In this document: in pieces, positions 20,229-30,051 of the stretch
Numbering within the stretch: the stretch's first letter is position 1
Layout: each line of letters starts with the position of its first letter
Assembly: GCA_036339735.1 (NCBI GenBank)
Contig: JAYZAL010000005.1
Location: 1-64,000 of the forward strand
DNA from: Candidatus Poribacteria bacterium
GTDB lineage: Bacteria; Poribacteria; WGA-4E; UBA9662
Direction of reading: 5' to 3'
DNA: 64,000 bases
Notes under the pieces: model-generated
Database searches by the model: none
What the model saw: the letters and a program-made list of their open reading frames with translations, nothing else
What the model was told of the DNA's origin: nothing
Position numbers and translations under genes: made by a program

Positions 20229-22934
20229 TTGAACGAAGCAGAAGCACGAGAAAACACTGACGACGAAAATAACGAAGAGCTTCAGACTGCTGAAGAATCT
20301 GCATCTGAAGAATCTGCATCTGAAGAATCTGCATCTGAAGAATCTGCATCTGAAGAATCTGCATCTGAAGAATCTGCATCTGAAGAATCTACATCTGAAG
20401 AATCTACATCTGAAGAATCTACATCTGGAGAGTCCGAATCTGGAGAATCTACCGAAGATCCTGAGATCGATGAAGAAGAAGAAGGTGTAAAGAAAATTGC
20501 CCGCTCACCAATGCAGGAAAAGTTGCTAGCTTTTGTTAACAACCCAGTGGTTAGCAGCTTAATGATGATTGCGACAATTTATGCACTGATTGGACTGGAT
20601 TTTGTCGCTTGGTTCAAAATGCCGAGTAAGTATGACATGATAATTGATGTCACCTCAGCAATTGCATTGTTCCTATTTTTCGCAGAATTTGGCCTCAAAA
20701 CCTATGCGGAGCAGGGTTATGTATGGAGCTTCTTCTTTTGGCTTGATTTCGTTGCTGCTGTATCCTTAGTTCCAGACGTACCTTGGATAGTTGATCCTAT
20801 AAAGAATTACTTTGGTCTGGGTGTGGGGGGGTCGGCCCTTAGTTTAGCCAGAGCTGGCCGTGCTGCCCGTGCAGGAGCTAGAGCTGGTCGAATTGCTCGA
20901 GTATTTAAGGTTCTTAACAAAATTGGTCCTTTCCTAGACCGATTGAGGGGTAAAGGCAATGATGTTGAAGGTTCTGATGATGACGATTTGGAAGGTTTAG
21001 AGCCAAGTGCCATTGGCAATGTTTTTTCTGAAAAAATGACACAAAAGGCAATTCTTGGTGTAATGGGTATGTTGATCATGACATCTATGTTCGACTATCA
21101 ACCCCCAACACCTTTCCCGGAATTTGCACTTCGATCCTTAGAAGTCAAAAGCGACGAGCAAGATGACGTTATTGACAGATATATTGCCAATACAAAAAAG
21201 GTTGACAAAGATGGAAAATTGATCAACCCAGCATTAATTTACCTCGCAGTTTCTGGACTGAATCAGTCTGAAAATTCAGGTCAAAAAGATGTCGTTGAGA
21301 AAACCTGGAAAAAAGACTTAGTAAAGGACATTTACTTTGAAGGAGAGGTCATCGCACTTAATGCGGATGGCGGTGTTTATGTTGCGCTGAATAAGCCTAG
21401 CGACGCAGAGAAATTGATGCGTACCGGAAATGTATTCCACGTGAAGGTTGGTGATAGTACCGATACTAAAGCTCGTTTGGTTGTCAAAGAACTTCGAGCC
21501 TCAGATGCTGATGGCCCCGAACTTAATGGGATTTCTTGTCGGATTGTTGATGCCAAGAGTGTCGCTCATAAACCAAGGAGTAGGGATATAGAACGTGGCA
21601 TTACCCAGTTTAGCGCAGGGCAACAGGATATTGTCGCATTGAAGAATTTACCAGAAGGTGGGGATGTGGCAGTTGGAGACCGAATTAGTTATCGAAACTT
21701 CGATGTCAAAAATTCTCAAATGCGTGCCAGAGACGTCTTATTCTATGAAACGCCTAATGGTAGTCGAGCGTGGTTCGATAAGCGTAACATTAATGCAGAA
21801 ATGGGCTTTAATGGATTTGTTATCATTGTCTTCGTTGTGGTTTTACTTGGTTTAGGTACTTTTGCTTTCCAAGCAGATGCACAGACTTTGTTCATTACAC
21901 CGATAGAACGGATGACTTTCATGGTCAAGACCTTAGCCGAGAATCCCTTGCGAACTGTTGAGACCACAAGGCGAAGAGGATCACATGAGACTGGTGTTAT
22001 TCAAGATGCCATGGTTAAGATCAGTAGTTTATTACAACTTGGGTTTGGTGAAGCAGGGGCAAAGATAATTGCTGAAAATCTGGCGCAGGAGGGGGAGCTG
22101 AACCCTATGGTGCCAGGACAGAAAGTTGATGCAATTTATGGTTTCTGTGACATTCGCAACTTTACTGATGCAACCGAGTGCTTACAGGAAGATGTAATGC
22201 TATTTGTTAATTCTGTAGCAGGTATATTACATCAGGCCGTCGCCGAAAATGGTGGTTCTCCAAACAAAAACATTGGTGATGCATTCCTTCTTGTTTGGAA
22301 GGATGGTGAAGATGGATCTCAAAATCCCGCAGATGGAGCATTACGTGCGTTCCTTCGTACGATGGAAGAAGTTAAGGCTGATGAGACTTTGAAAGAATTA
22401 GCCAAAAATAGTGAATTGCAGGAACGATTGCCTGGGTTTGAAACACAACTAGGATTTGGATTGCATCTTGGTTGGGCAATCGAGGGAGCTATTGGTTCAG
22501 AACAAAAAATTGATGCAACCTACCTCTCACCTCATGTGAATATCAGTGCTCGACTTGAGTCAGCAACCAAGCAGTATGGCACTCAACTTCTGATGTCAGG
22601 TGAGTTTGTTGAAGGGTTATCTCACGAAATGCGACCAAGTTGTCGTAAAATTGATGTGGTTACAGTGAAAGGCAGTGAACAACCAGTGATCTTATACACA
22701 ACCGATCTGGATGAGCCTTCAGAGTTTACACTGCTAGAATATTATGATACTTTTGAAATAGCAGTAGATCACTATCTAGCCGGTGAGTGGGATGAAGCCG
22801 TCGAAAACTTGACCATCTGCTTGGATGCTTGGCCGTCAGATCAGGTTGCCGAAGCTCTATTATCTTTCATGTCTGATCATGGCAATATTGCTCCTGACGA
22901 TTGGCCCGGTTATAGAGTTCTGGATTCTAAGTAA
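20229..22934 (+). CDS. Voltage-sensor (ion-transport-like) domain / class III adenylyl cyclase / TPR fusion protein
   Basis: S1-S3 helices (FFAEFGLK, FFFWLDFVAAVSL); S4 LARAGRAARAGARAGRIARVFK; two more TMs; LLQLGFGEAG; cyclase motifs FCDIRNFT, KNIGDAFL, KIDATYLSPHVNISARLES; C-terminal TPR-like helix pair. GAAGGAG SD before the TTG start. Confidence 0.92.
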   Translation: MNEAEARENTDDENNEELQTAEESASEESASEESASEESASEESASEESASEESTSEESTSEESTSGESESGESTEDPEIDEEEEGVKKIARSPMQEKLLAFVNNPVVSSLMMIATIYALIGLDFVAWFKMPSKYDMIIDVTSAIALFLFFAEFGLKTYAEQGYVWSFFFWLDFVAAVSLVPDVPWIVDPIKNYFGLGVGGSALSLARAGRAARAGARAGRIARVFKVLNKIGPFLDRLRGKGNDVEGSDDDDLEGLEPSAIGNVFSEKMTQKAILGVMGMLIMTSMFDYQPPTPFPEFALRSLEVKSDEQDDVIDRYIANTKKVDKDGKLINPALIYLAVSGLNQSENSGQKDVVEKTWKKDLVKDIYFEGEVIALNADGGVYVALNKPSDAEKLMRTGNVFHVKVGDSTDTKARLVVKELRASDADGPELNGISCRIVDAKSVAHKPRSRDIERGITQFSAGQQDIVALKNLPEGGDVAVGDRISYRNFDVKNSQMRARDVLFYETPNGSRAWFDKRNINAEMGFNGFVIIVFVVVLLGLGTFAFQADAQTLFITPIERMTFMVKTLAENPLRTVETTRRRGSHETGVIQDAMVKISSLLQLGFGEAGAKIIAENLAQEGELNPMVPGQKVDAIYGFCDIRNFTDATECLQEDVMLFVNSVAGILHQAVAENGGSPNKNIGDAFLLVWKDGEDGSQNPADGALRAFLRTMEEVKADETLKELAKNSELQERLPGFETQLGFGLHLGWAIEGAIGSEQKIDATYLSPHVNISARLESATKQYGTQLLMSGEFVEGLSHEMRPSCRKIDVVTVKGSEQPVILYTTDLDEPSEFTLLEYYDTFEIAVDHYLAGEWDEAVENLTICLDAWPSDQVAEALLSFMSDHGNIAPDDWPGYRVLDSK
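20292..20456 (+). repeat. In-frame 15-bp tandem repeat (VNTR) encoding EESAS/EESTS
   Basis: 6x GAAGAATCTGCATCT, 3x GAAGAATCTACATCT and 2 degenerate units, read directly. Confidence 0.97.
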
Positions 22935-23004
22935 GTCTTTAGCTTGATAGATTCCAAATAAATCTGTTTTTTGGGGATCTATCAAGCTTGTTCCCATATT
23001 TTTC

Positions 23005-23970
23005 TTGATGGAGCTTGAAGTAACCGATATTAACACACCTTCGAATCCTACAGCACCGTTTGCTCCAATGCGAAGCGGACTGAGCGACTATCAAATCAAG
23101 ATTGCATTCATCATGCCTACCATGATATTGCTAATTCTGATGAATATTTTTCCTCTTTTGTGGTCGCTAGCGCTCAGTTTTTACAAATACCGAACAAACC
23201 TTCCCAATATTCCGCCTAAATTCGTTGGATTCAAAAATTATACTCGCCTACTTTCTGACCCAGACGTGTGGGAATATTTCCGTACAACAGCATACTTTGT
23301 CGTGTCCGCTGTTATTACACAATCTCTCGCCGGTTTTAGTATTGCCCTTTTACTCAATCGAGAATTTCGCTATAAGGGCTTTATTACTACACTAATTCTT
23401 TTACCAATGATGTTATCCCCCGTAGTCGTTGGTTTATTTTGGAGATTCTTATTTAAATCTGATAATTCGGGCCTAATCAACTACTTTTTGCAACCACTTC
23501 TCAGTTTATTCCAATCTCAACCAATTCCTTGGACAACTGCCCCTAAGTTCGCCATGCTTTCAGTTGTCATTGTAGACACGTGGATGTGGACACCATTTAT
23601 GATGCTGATCTCGTTAGCTGGGTTATCCGCCATACCAAAGTATCTCTATGAAGCGGCCGATGTTGATCGAGCCTCGAGCTGGTTCAAGTTCCGTTGGATT
23701 ACCTTACCATTGGTATCACCACTGCTGATGATAGCAATACTATTCCGTACCATGGATGCGTTTAAAATGTTTGACATCGTTTATGTCTTGACAAGGGAAG
23801 GTGGACCTGGTACTGCAACCGAAACTGTGTCTATGAACCTGTACAAACTAGCTTTTCGTAATTTTGACACAGGTAAATCTTGTGCAATGGCTTATATTTT
23901 ACTGATTTTGATTGTAGCTTTGAGCAACATTTATGTTAAATACCTTAACCAGTTAAAAAATTCGACATAG
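23005..23970 (+). CDS. Carbohydrate ABC transporter permease (MalF/UgpA type)
   Basis: FVGFKNY, WMWTPFMMLI, EAA loop YEAADVDRAS. Confidence 0.93.
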   Translation: MMELEVTDINTPSNPTAPFAPMRSGLSDYQIKIAFIMPTMILLILMNIFPLLWSLALSFYKYRTNLPNIPPKFVGFKNYTRLLSDPDVWEYFRTTAYFVVSAVITQSLAGFSIALLLNREFRYKGFITTLILLPMMLSPVVVGLFWRFLFKSDNSGLINYFLQPLLSLFQSQPIPWTTAPKFAMLSVVIVDTWMWTPFMMLISLAGLSAIPKYLYEAADVDRASSWFKFRWITLPLVSPLLMIAILFRTMDAFKMFDIVYVLTREGGPGTATETVSMNLYKLAFRNFDTGKSCAMAYILLILIVALSNIYVKYLNQLKNST

Positions 23971-23975
23971 ACTTC

Positions 23976-24806
23976 ATGCTATTAGAAAAAAAGACATATT
24001 ATTACGCGTCTCGATTTTTGATTATTTTTGTGGTTTTTATTTATTTAATTCCGATCTACTGGATTATTTTGACTTCTTTGAAATCGGGTAGCGATATCTC
24101 AGCACAGACACCGCAGTTTTTTTTTAGAATAACTTTTGAAAATTATCAGAAACTGGTTGAATCTCAGTATTTCTCTCAGTTGAGGAATAGTATTATTATC
24201 GGTTTTACTAGCACCATTTTAGCGGTTGTTATTGGAACTTTGTCTGCTTATGCTTTCTCACGCTTTAAAGTGTCTGGTGAAGATGATCTCCTATTTTTCA
24301 TTTTGAGTACCAGGATGTTACCACCCATCGTAATTGTTATTCCTGTTTATCTCATGTACACGGTATTGGGGTTGAGAGATACACACTTTGGTCTTATCTT
24401 ACTCTATACTACTTTTAATCTTTCTTTTGCTGTTTGGCTCATGAAAGGTTTTATTGATGAAATACCAAGAGAATATGAAGATGCTGCTTTAGTCGATGGC
24501 TACACCCGATTTCAAGCCTTCCGGATGATTGTCTTACCGCAAGCAGCAACAGGTATTGCTGCCACGGCCGTATTTTGTCTTATTACCGCTTGGAATGAGT
24601 TTGCTTTTGCTCTTGTTTTAACTGAGGTTGGTGGAAATACTATTACCGCTCCTCCTTCTATAGTTAGTGCGACAGGAAAAACTGGTTATGATTGGGGGAA
24701 AGTCGCCGCGGGAACTTTTATATTTCTTGTTCCAATTGCTATTTTCACTTTTTTAGTTCGAAAACACTTATTGAGAGGTGTTACGTTTGGAGCAATAAAG
24801 AAGTAG
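23976..24806 (+). CDS. Carbohydrate ABC transporter permease (MalG/UgpE type)
   Basis: IPREYEDAALVDG, WNEFAFAL, RGVTFGAIK. Confidence 0.93.
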   Translation: MLLEKKTYYYASRFLIIFVVFIYLIPIYWIILTSLKSGSDISAQTPQFFFRITFENYQKLVESQYFSQLRNSIIIGFTSTILAVVIGTLSAYAFSRFKVSGEDDLLFFILSTRMLPPIVIVIPVYLMYTVLGLRDTHFGLILLYTTFNLSFAVWLMKGFIDEIPREYEDAALVDGYTRFQAFRMIVLPQAATGIAATAVFCLITAWNEFAFALVLTEVGGNTITAPPSIVSATGKTGYDWGKVAAGTFIFLVPIAIFTFLVRKHLLRGVTFGAIKK

Positions 24807-24809
24807 ATT

Positions 24810-25904
24810 ATGGCAAATATTTTTTTAAATTCCTTAACAAAATATTATGGTGATCATATTGCATTAGATGGTCTTGATTTAGATATTTCTGACCGAGAAT
24901 TTTTTGTTTTATTAGGCCATACTGGAGCGGGAAAAACAACAACACTCCGCTGCATTTCAGGATTAGAGAAATTAGACCGAGGTGAAATATATTTTGGCGA
25001 ATATCTTGTTAACGATCTTGAACCCTCGAGCCGTGATGTAGCATTTGTCTTTCAATCACATATCCTATACCCCCACTTAACAGCATTTGAAAATATGGCT
25101 TTTCCCCTTAGGCCTCGTAACTTGACAGAAAATGAAATTAAAATTCGAGTACACGAAATTGCTCAAATGTTACATATCGAAGATTTACTAGACCGAAAGC
25201 CAAATCAGCTAAGTGGAGGTGAGACGCAGAGAGTAGGTTTAGGACGGGCTATGGTACGTCGGCCACAGCTTTTTTTGATGGATGAACCTATTTCCAATTT
25301 GGATGCGAAATTGAGAAGTGAGATGAGAAGTGAAATTAAATGGAGGCAAAAACAACTTGGTATAACTACACTTTATGTAACACATGATCAAATTGAAGCA
25401 ATGTCTATGGCGGATCGAGTTGCGATCTTAGATCAAGGCAAAATTCGACAAGTTGGAACCCCAATGGAAATTTATAGTCAACCAGCTAATATTTTTGTGG
25501 CAAACTTCATAGGATCACCATCCATGAATTTGATTCCATGCGAACTATCGACTAGTGGTGATACGATTTTTGCCCAATTAATCGGCCAATTAAAAATTTC
25601 TATTCCCCAAGAATCCATCAGTAGAAATATAAGTAATCGAGAGGTCTGGTTAGGCATCCATCCTGAAAATTTAGTGGTCTATAAAAATGAAACAGCAGGC
25701 GCTCTCGCTGTAGAAGTCTATAACTGCGAGGAACTGGGGGTCGAAACAATTGTAGATCTGAACCTAGGACTAGATGAACAAGACAAGAACGTGATTTTGA
25801 AGGGACGCATACCGCCCGACCAAACAGTAGGAATTGGTCAGACAGTATGGATGGGAATCGAGGCTTGTTCTATATTTGACAAACGGACGGGCGATGCTAT
25901 TTGA
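24810..25904 (+). CDS. Carbohydrate ABC transporter ATP-binding protein (MalK family)
   Basis: Walker A GHTGAGKTT, LSGGE, MDEPISNLDAKLR, YVTHDQIEAM, FIGSPSMN. Confidence 0.95.
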   Translation: MANIFLNSLTKYYGDHIALDGLDLDISDREFFVLLGHTGAGKTTTLRCISGLEKLDRGEIYFGEYLVNDLEPSSRDVAFVFQSHILYPHLTAFENMAFPLRPRNLTENEIKIRVHEIAQMLHIEDLLDRKPNQLSGGETQRVGLGRAMVRRPQLFLMDEPISNLDAKLRSEMRSEIKWRQKQLGITTLYVTHDQIEAMSMADRVAILDQGKIRQVGTPMEIYSQPANIFVANFIGSPSMNLIPCELSTSGDTIFAQLIGQLKISIPQESISRNISNREVWLGIHPENLVVYKNETAGALAVEVYNCEELGVETIVDLNLGLDEQDKNVILKGRIPPDQTVGIGQTVWMGIEACSIFDKRTGDAI

Positions 25905-26778
25905 ACCGATTTACTTTTTTCTTGAATTTGCCACCGAGGCGTGCATTTTTTTCTCTTTCCGCATTTAATTGGTTTTCTTTAAGTTTGATTTCCATGCAAT
26001 ACTTGGAGATTTGATCATTCATTTGCATTTCAACAAACGGGTCATTAAACCCGAATTCAAACCCAAAGCAGTCATTATCTGGCTTTTCTTGATGAGGAAA
26101 AGAGCGTACGATTTGTCCTTCAAAAATAGCGGCGTTGTTATTATGGGGTTGCTTTTCTACCGTCGTATAATCAATACCGTAACCTGGAAATTTTCTATCA
26201 CTTATGTGGAGTTCAAAAAATGAGCCAACGTCAAGCCCTGAACCCTTTTTACAACTCAGTAATGCTCCGTTTCCACCGATGTCTACAGTCCGAAAAGTCA
26301 CTTCTGTCGGCTCACGGCCGGGACGCTCATTGGGAATTATTGTTTTAGCTATTACCTCGTGGTTGATTCTCATAAATTTGCGAGACCTAATCCCAACGCC
26401 ATCGTTTTCAACTTGTAAGACATGACCTAAGTCGCCTTCGAAGAAAGATTTTGAAACTAGACTGTTGGAACTTTCGGGTACACTTCCATCTTGCGATTTG
26501 ATTTTAGCAGAAGCAGATGTTAGAGCATTTTCAGCAACAGCTTGACTCGTGGCTCCTACTGGCGGTATAACAATCAGAAAGGCCTCTGGATGAACAAAAC
26601 GAACCTTAGCTGGTATAGGACCAGAACTAGGAAAGCCTTCTATGTTTTTTTCTAAACTGAGTTCGACTTCTATGTCTCTTTTTACCTCAGATTCATTAAT
26701 AGCTTCTACAATTTCCGCTTGTGTAGTGGGCAACTCAGCAATATCTTCCGACGGCTTGCGTACTTTAACGAAAGACAT
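25897..26778 (-). CDS. PilZ-domain protein (c-di-GMP receptor, YcgR-like layout)
   Basis: RKFMR (RxxxR) followed by DIGGNG (DxSxxG-like); C-terminal beta strands GQIVRS...FGFEF and a closing helix. Confidence 0.6.
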   Translation of the reverse strand: MSFVKVRKPSEDIAELPTTQAEIVEAINESEVKRDIEVELSLEKNIEGFPSSGPIPAKVRFVHPEAFLIVIPPVGATSQAVAENALTSASAKIKSQDGSVPESSNSLVSKSFFEGDLGHVLQVENDGVGIRSRKFMRINHEVIAKTIIPNERPGREPTEVTFRTVDIGGNGALLSCKKGSGLDVGSFFELHISDRKFPGYGIDYTTVEKQPHNNNAAIFEGQIVRSFPHQEKPDNDCFGFEFGFNDPFVEMQMNDQISKYCMEIKLKENQLNAEREKNARLGGKFKKKVNRFK

Positions 26779-26921
26779 AATTGTTCATCTCCTGGGAATA
26801 TTTTTTGGTGTAAGGGCAAATAAGGTATAAGCTTCATCACAGGACTAATGATAGTTCCGTTCGAAAAGGGTGTCAAGCAAAAAATATTATAGCAAAATCG
26901 AAATTTAAGGTATGATAAAGT

Positions 26922-28934
26922 ATGAAACAGATTGTTATGGGTAAAAGGCTTTTTTTTGTCTGGTTTTCCTTCTTGTTTATTACTCAGCCGATTCTAGCTC
27001 AAGTCTCCATTTTTTTTAAGAATGGAGACAATATTTCTGGAGAATGGATCGGAGGAGACAATCAGAAGATTTATCTAAAAATAGATAACCAAGAGGTACG
27101 CTTTCAGGTTTCTACAATCGAATCTATTCTGTTTAAGACATCTGAGATCAATGCTAATGCCAGAAAGTATCTCAAAAATGGTGATTTATTTAACCAACGA
27201 GGTTTAACTCAAGAAGCAAAGTCCTTGTATCAGAAATCATTGGAAGAATCCCCAAACTTTTCAAAAGCTTACTTTCGATTAGCAGAAATTGCGTATAGAG
27301 AAAATAATATTGATTCTGCTCTCGATTATATAAAATTTGCATGTTTAACAGACAATCCTGAATCTAATATCGCTCAATTACTCAATGAGTTAGGAAATCA
27401 ATTTGTTGAAGCAGCTTCTCTCATGAAAGCGACTACAGCTTACGGTCTAATCTTAAAACATTTTCCAGATTATCCTAGCCACAAAAATTTATCTTATTCA
27501 ACGGGGTTCTTATTAGGACAAGATTCGTCTCAGGCAGAAAAAGCACTGGAGTTTCTCCAGCTAGCAATGGATAAATATCCCAACCATAAGAATTTTGAGA
27601 GAGCTTCATACCTTGTTGGTGACCTTCAATGTAAAAGTGGCCAACCAGACTTGGCAGTATTGACATTGACCGACTTCATACTATCTTATCCCGATAGCCC
27701 ATGGCTTTCTGAAGCTTATCTAGCTCGCGGCTCCGCCTTTATTGTGCTAAACCAAAATCAAAAAGCTATTTACGACTTCAACTACGTTATTGAAAATTCT
27801 AAAAATCTAGAACTTCGGAGAGAGGCGCGTAACCGTCGAGACGGGAGCGCTTGGTCAGTTTATAAAGTGTCAGAAGGTCTACCTAGTAATCAGGTTCAAG
27901 CTATTGCCATCGATAATGATGTTGTCTGGGTCGGTACCTCAAAAGGTTTGGCTTATATCGATCTTTCCAGTCAAGTTGGACAAAATAATATAGAGGTAAG
28001 TGAAGAAATCAACAACATGTTTGATCGAGGACCAATCAACGTTCGCGCACTCGAAGCTACGAAGGAAGGTGTTTGGGTGGGTACAATGAACCATGGATTG
28101 ATATACTATGATAAAGAAACTCAGACTTCGATGAACTATACTGTTTCGGATGGTTTACCTCACAAACTAGTCTATGATATTGAGATGGATGAGTTGAATA
28201 ATGAGTTATGGGTTGGAACCTTTTCAGGATTAGCTAGATATCGCCAATCAATCAATACGTGGGTTGTATATAACAGGGAAGAACACGATCTGCCTGGCGA
28301 TGATATTGTTACTTTGGCTGTTACTCCGGTTACGGTTTGGATTGGAACTTCTCAGTCAGGTTTGGCTTATTACAGCCGTACTGAGGATATGTGGCGACGG
28401 TATGGTGTTCTAGATGGATTAGATCGGATTGTGGGTAAGTCGATTATCAGTTTTGATACAACTGAAGATCGTATTTTTTTCACTTGGTATAATCGACAGC
28501 GTCAAAGCAATGGGTACGTGGAGGCTGATTTACGAGGTTTTAATAGCATACCTGAAACAGTAATTAGCGGAACGGCTAGTTCATTGGATAACATCCACAT
28601 TGTTGCGAGTGATAATTCATTATGGATTGCTACGAATGAAGATATATACAAGAGGTCACGATATTCTGGTGAATGGGACCAAATCGCCTACCCTGTCAAC
28701 AGGACAGGTAAAATTCAAATTAACTGCATCGAGCTAAATAATGACGTCGCTTGGGTCGGTACTACGAATGGATTAGCTCAGCTAAGTACGTTGACTCTAA
28801 CGGATAATCAACCTGATTCTGTCAGTCAACCAACGGAAAACGATGAGTTCAATCCAGAAAAAAATGACGGAAATTCTGTTTTACCCAACTTACCCAATTT
28901 TTTACCACAAGGAGTAGGAAATCAAAATGAATGA
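26922..28934 (+). CDS. Secreted TPR + beta-propeller (Reg_prop-like repeats) protein
   Basis: Signal peptide; TPRs; repeats [11 protein letters not shown]...VWVGTSKGL and [11 protein letters not shown]...LWVGTFSGL. Confidence 0.8.
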   Translation: MKQIVMGKRLFFVWFSFLFITQPILAQVSIFFKNGDNISGEWIGGDNQKIYLKIDNQEVRFQVSTIESILFKTSEINANARKYLKNGDLFNQRGLTQEAKSLYQKSLEESPNFSKAYFRLAEIAYRENNIDSALDYIKFACLTDNPESNIAQLLNELGNQFVEAASLMKATTAYGLILKHFPDYPSHKNLSYSTGFLLGQDSSQAEKALEFLQLAMDKYPNHKNFERASYLVGDLQCKSGQPDLAVLTLTDFILSYPDSPWLSEAYLARGSAFIVLNQNQKAIYDFNYVIENSKNLELRREARNRRDGSAWSVYKVSEGLPSNQVQAIAIDNDVVWVGTSKGLAYIDLSSQVGQNNIEVSEEINNMFDRGPINVRALEATKEGVWVGTMNHGLIYYDKETQTSMNYTVSDGLPHKLVYDIEMDELNNELWVGTFSGLARYRQSINTWVVYNREEHDLPGDDIVTLAVTPVTVWIGTSQSGLAYYSRTEDMWRRYGVLDGLDRIVGKSIISFDTTEDRIFFTWYNRQRQSNGYVEADLRGFNSIPETVISGTASSLDNIHIVASDNSLWIATNEDIYKRSRYSGEWDQIAYPVNRTGKIQINCIELNNDVAWVGTTNGLAQLSTLTLTDNQPDSVSQPTENDEFNPEKNDGNSVLPNLPNFLPQGVGNQNE

Positions 28935-29967
28935 TTATAATATTGGCATTGTCGGATTAGGATGGGTCGCCGGGGCACACATCGAAACATTCAAAAATGT
29001 TACCGGGGCAAATGTGACAGCTATCTGCTCACGCAGGACACATGACCCAAAGGATTTGGAAGCACAATATGGGATTCCACTAAAGGTTTACAATGACTTT
29101 GAACAAATGATAGCAGATCCTGAAATCGACATCATCGACATTTGTACCCCACATCCTTTTCATCCTGACCAGGCCGTAGCAGCAGCAGAAGCCGGGAAAC
29201 ACTTAATTATCGAGAAACCGATTAGTATTAGTTATGATGAAGCGAAACGGATTCAAACTGCAATTCAAGCTCAACAGATTCAAGCCTGTGTCTGTTTTGA
29301 ATGTCGGTTCAGCAAGCATTTTACAATGATTCGTTCCATTATTGACCAAGATTTACTTGGCCACCTACATTACGGAGAAGTTGATTATTATCATGGGATT
29401 GGTCCTTGGTACGGCCAATATGAATGGAATATTAAAAAAGATTTCGGTGGGTCTAGTTTATTAACAGCTGGTTGTCACGCACTTGATGCTTTGCTGTTTT
29501 TTATGGATGGAGCAGTAGAAGAGGTTACCAGTTATCAAACTAAATCCAAGGGAAAATATTTTGAGCCTTACGAATACCAAACCACTAGTGTTACATTGCT
29601 TAAGTTTGAAGGAAGCGAAAGATTAGCCAAAGTTACATCTTGTGTTGATTGTCTCCAGCCATATTATTTTCATGTCCACTTGGTTGGTAGCGATGGAAGC
29701 CTATTAGATAACCGAATATATTCTGATAAAATCAGCGGTATGAATAAGGACAAGTGGTCAACTTTAGAAACGGCTCTGATTGATTCTGGCGATGTTAGCG
29801 ATCATCCCTATGAACCCCAATTTCAAGCTTTTATCGACAGCTTGAGAAAAGGAGAAAAAATGCCACTAACTGATTTCGACACGGCTTTTAAAACACATCA
29901 GGTAGTTTTTGCGGCCGATCTATCAGCAAAAGAAGGAAGAACCGTCAAATTATCGGAGTTGAGTTAA
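28927..29967 (+). CDS. Gfo/Idh/MocA family oxidoreductase
   Basis: [33 protein letters not shown]. Confidence 0.93.
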   Translation: MNDYNIGIVGLGWVAGAHIETFKNVTGANVTAICSRRTHDPKDLEAQYGIPLKVYNDFEQMIADPEIDIIDICTPHPFHPDQAVAAAEAGKHLIIEKPISISYDEAKRIQTAIQAQQIQACVCFECRFSKHFTMIRSIIDQDLLGHLHYGEVDYYHGIGPWYGQYEWNIKKDFGGSSLLTAGCHALDALLFFMDGAVEEVTSYQTKSKGKYFEPYEYQTTSVTLLKFEGSERLAKVTSCVDCLQPYYFHVHLVGSDGSLLDNRIYSDKISGMNKDKWSTLETALIDSGDVSDHPYEPQFQAFIDSLRKGEKMPLTDFDTAFKTHQVVFAADLSAKEGRTVKLSELS

Positions 29968-29997
29968 ACAGACCTAGAAGAGTCTAATTTCTAACAT

Positions 29998-30040
29998 CCA
30001 GGAAGTCAGAAGGCTACAATGTAAACAACTGACTTCCTGG
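29998..30040. terminator. 12-bp perfect inverted repeat between convergent genes (possible bidirectional terminator)
   Basis: CCAGGAAGTCAG-N19-CTGACTTCCTGG; no strong U-tract. Confidence 0.5.
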
Positions 30041-30051
30041 GCCCGTAGTAG

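Noticed and set aside
20292-20456. Possible CRISPR array
   Set aside because: Units are contiguous 15-mers with no spacers, in frame within a CDS, and no cas genes are present.
20140-20542. Antisense ORFs (MQILQ repeat and DSSDA repeat)
   Set aside because: Shadows of the stop-free 15-bp repeat on the opposite strand of the cyclase gene.
20229-22934. Eukaryotic contaminant contig as the source of the cyclase
   Set aside because: Intron-free, has an SD and TTG start, is collinear with bacterial ABC genes, and shows no obvious compositional break; read mapping is still advisable.
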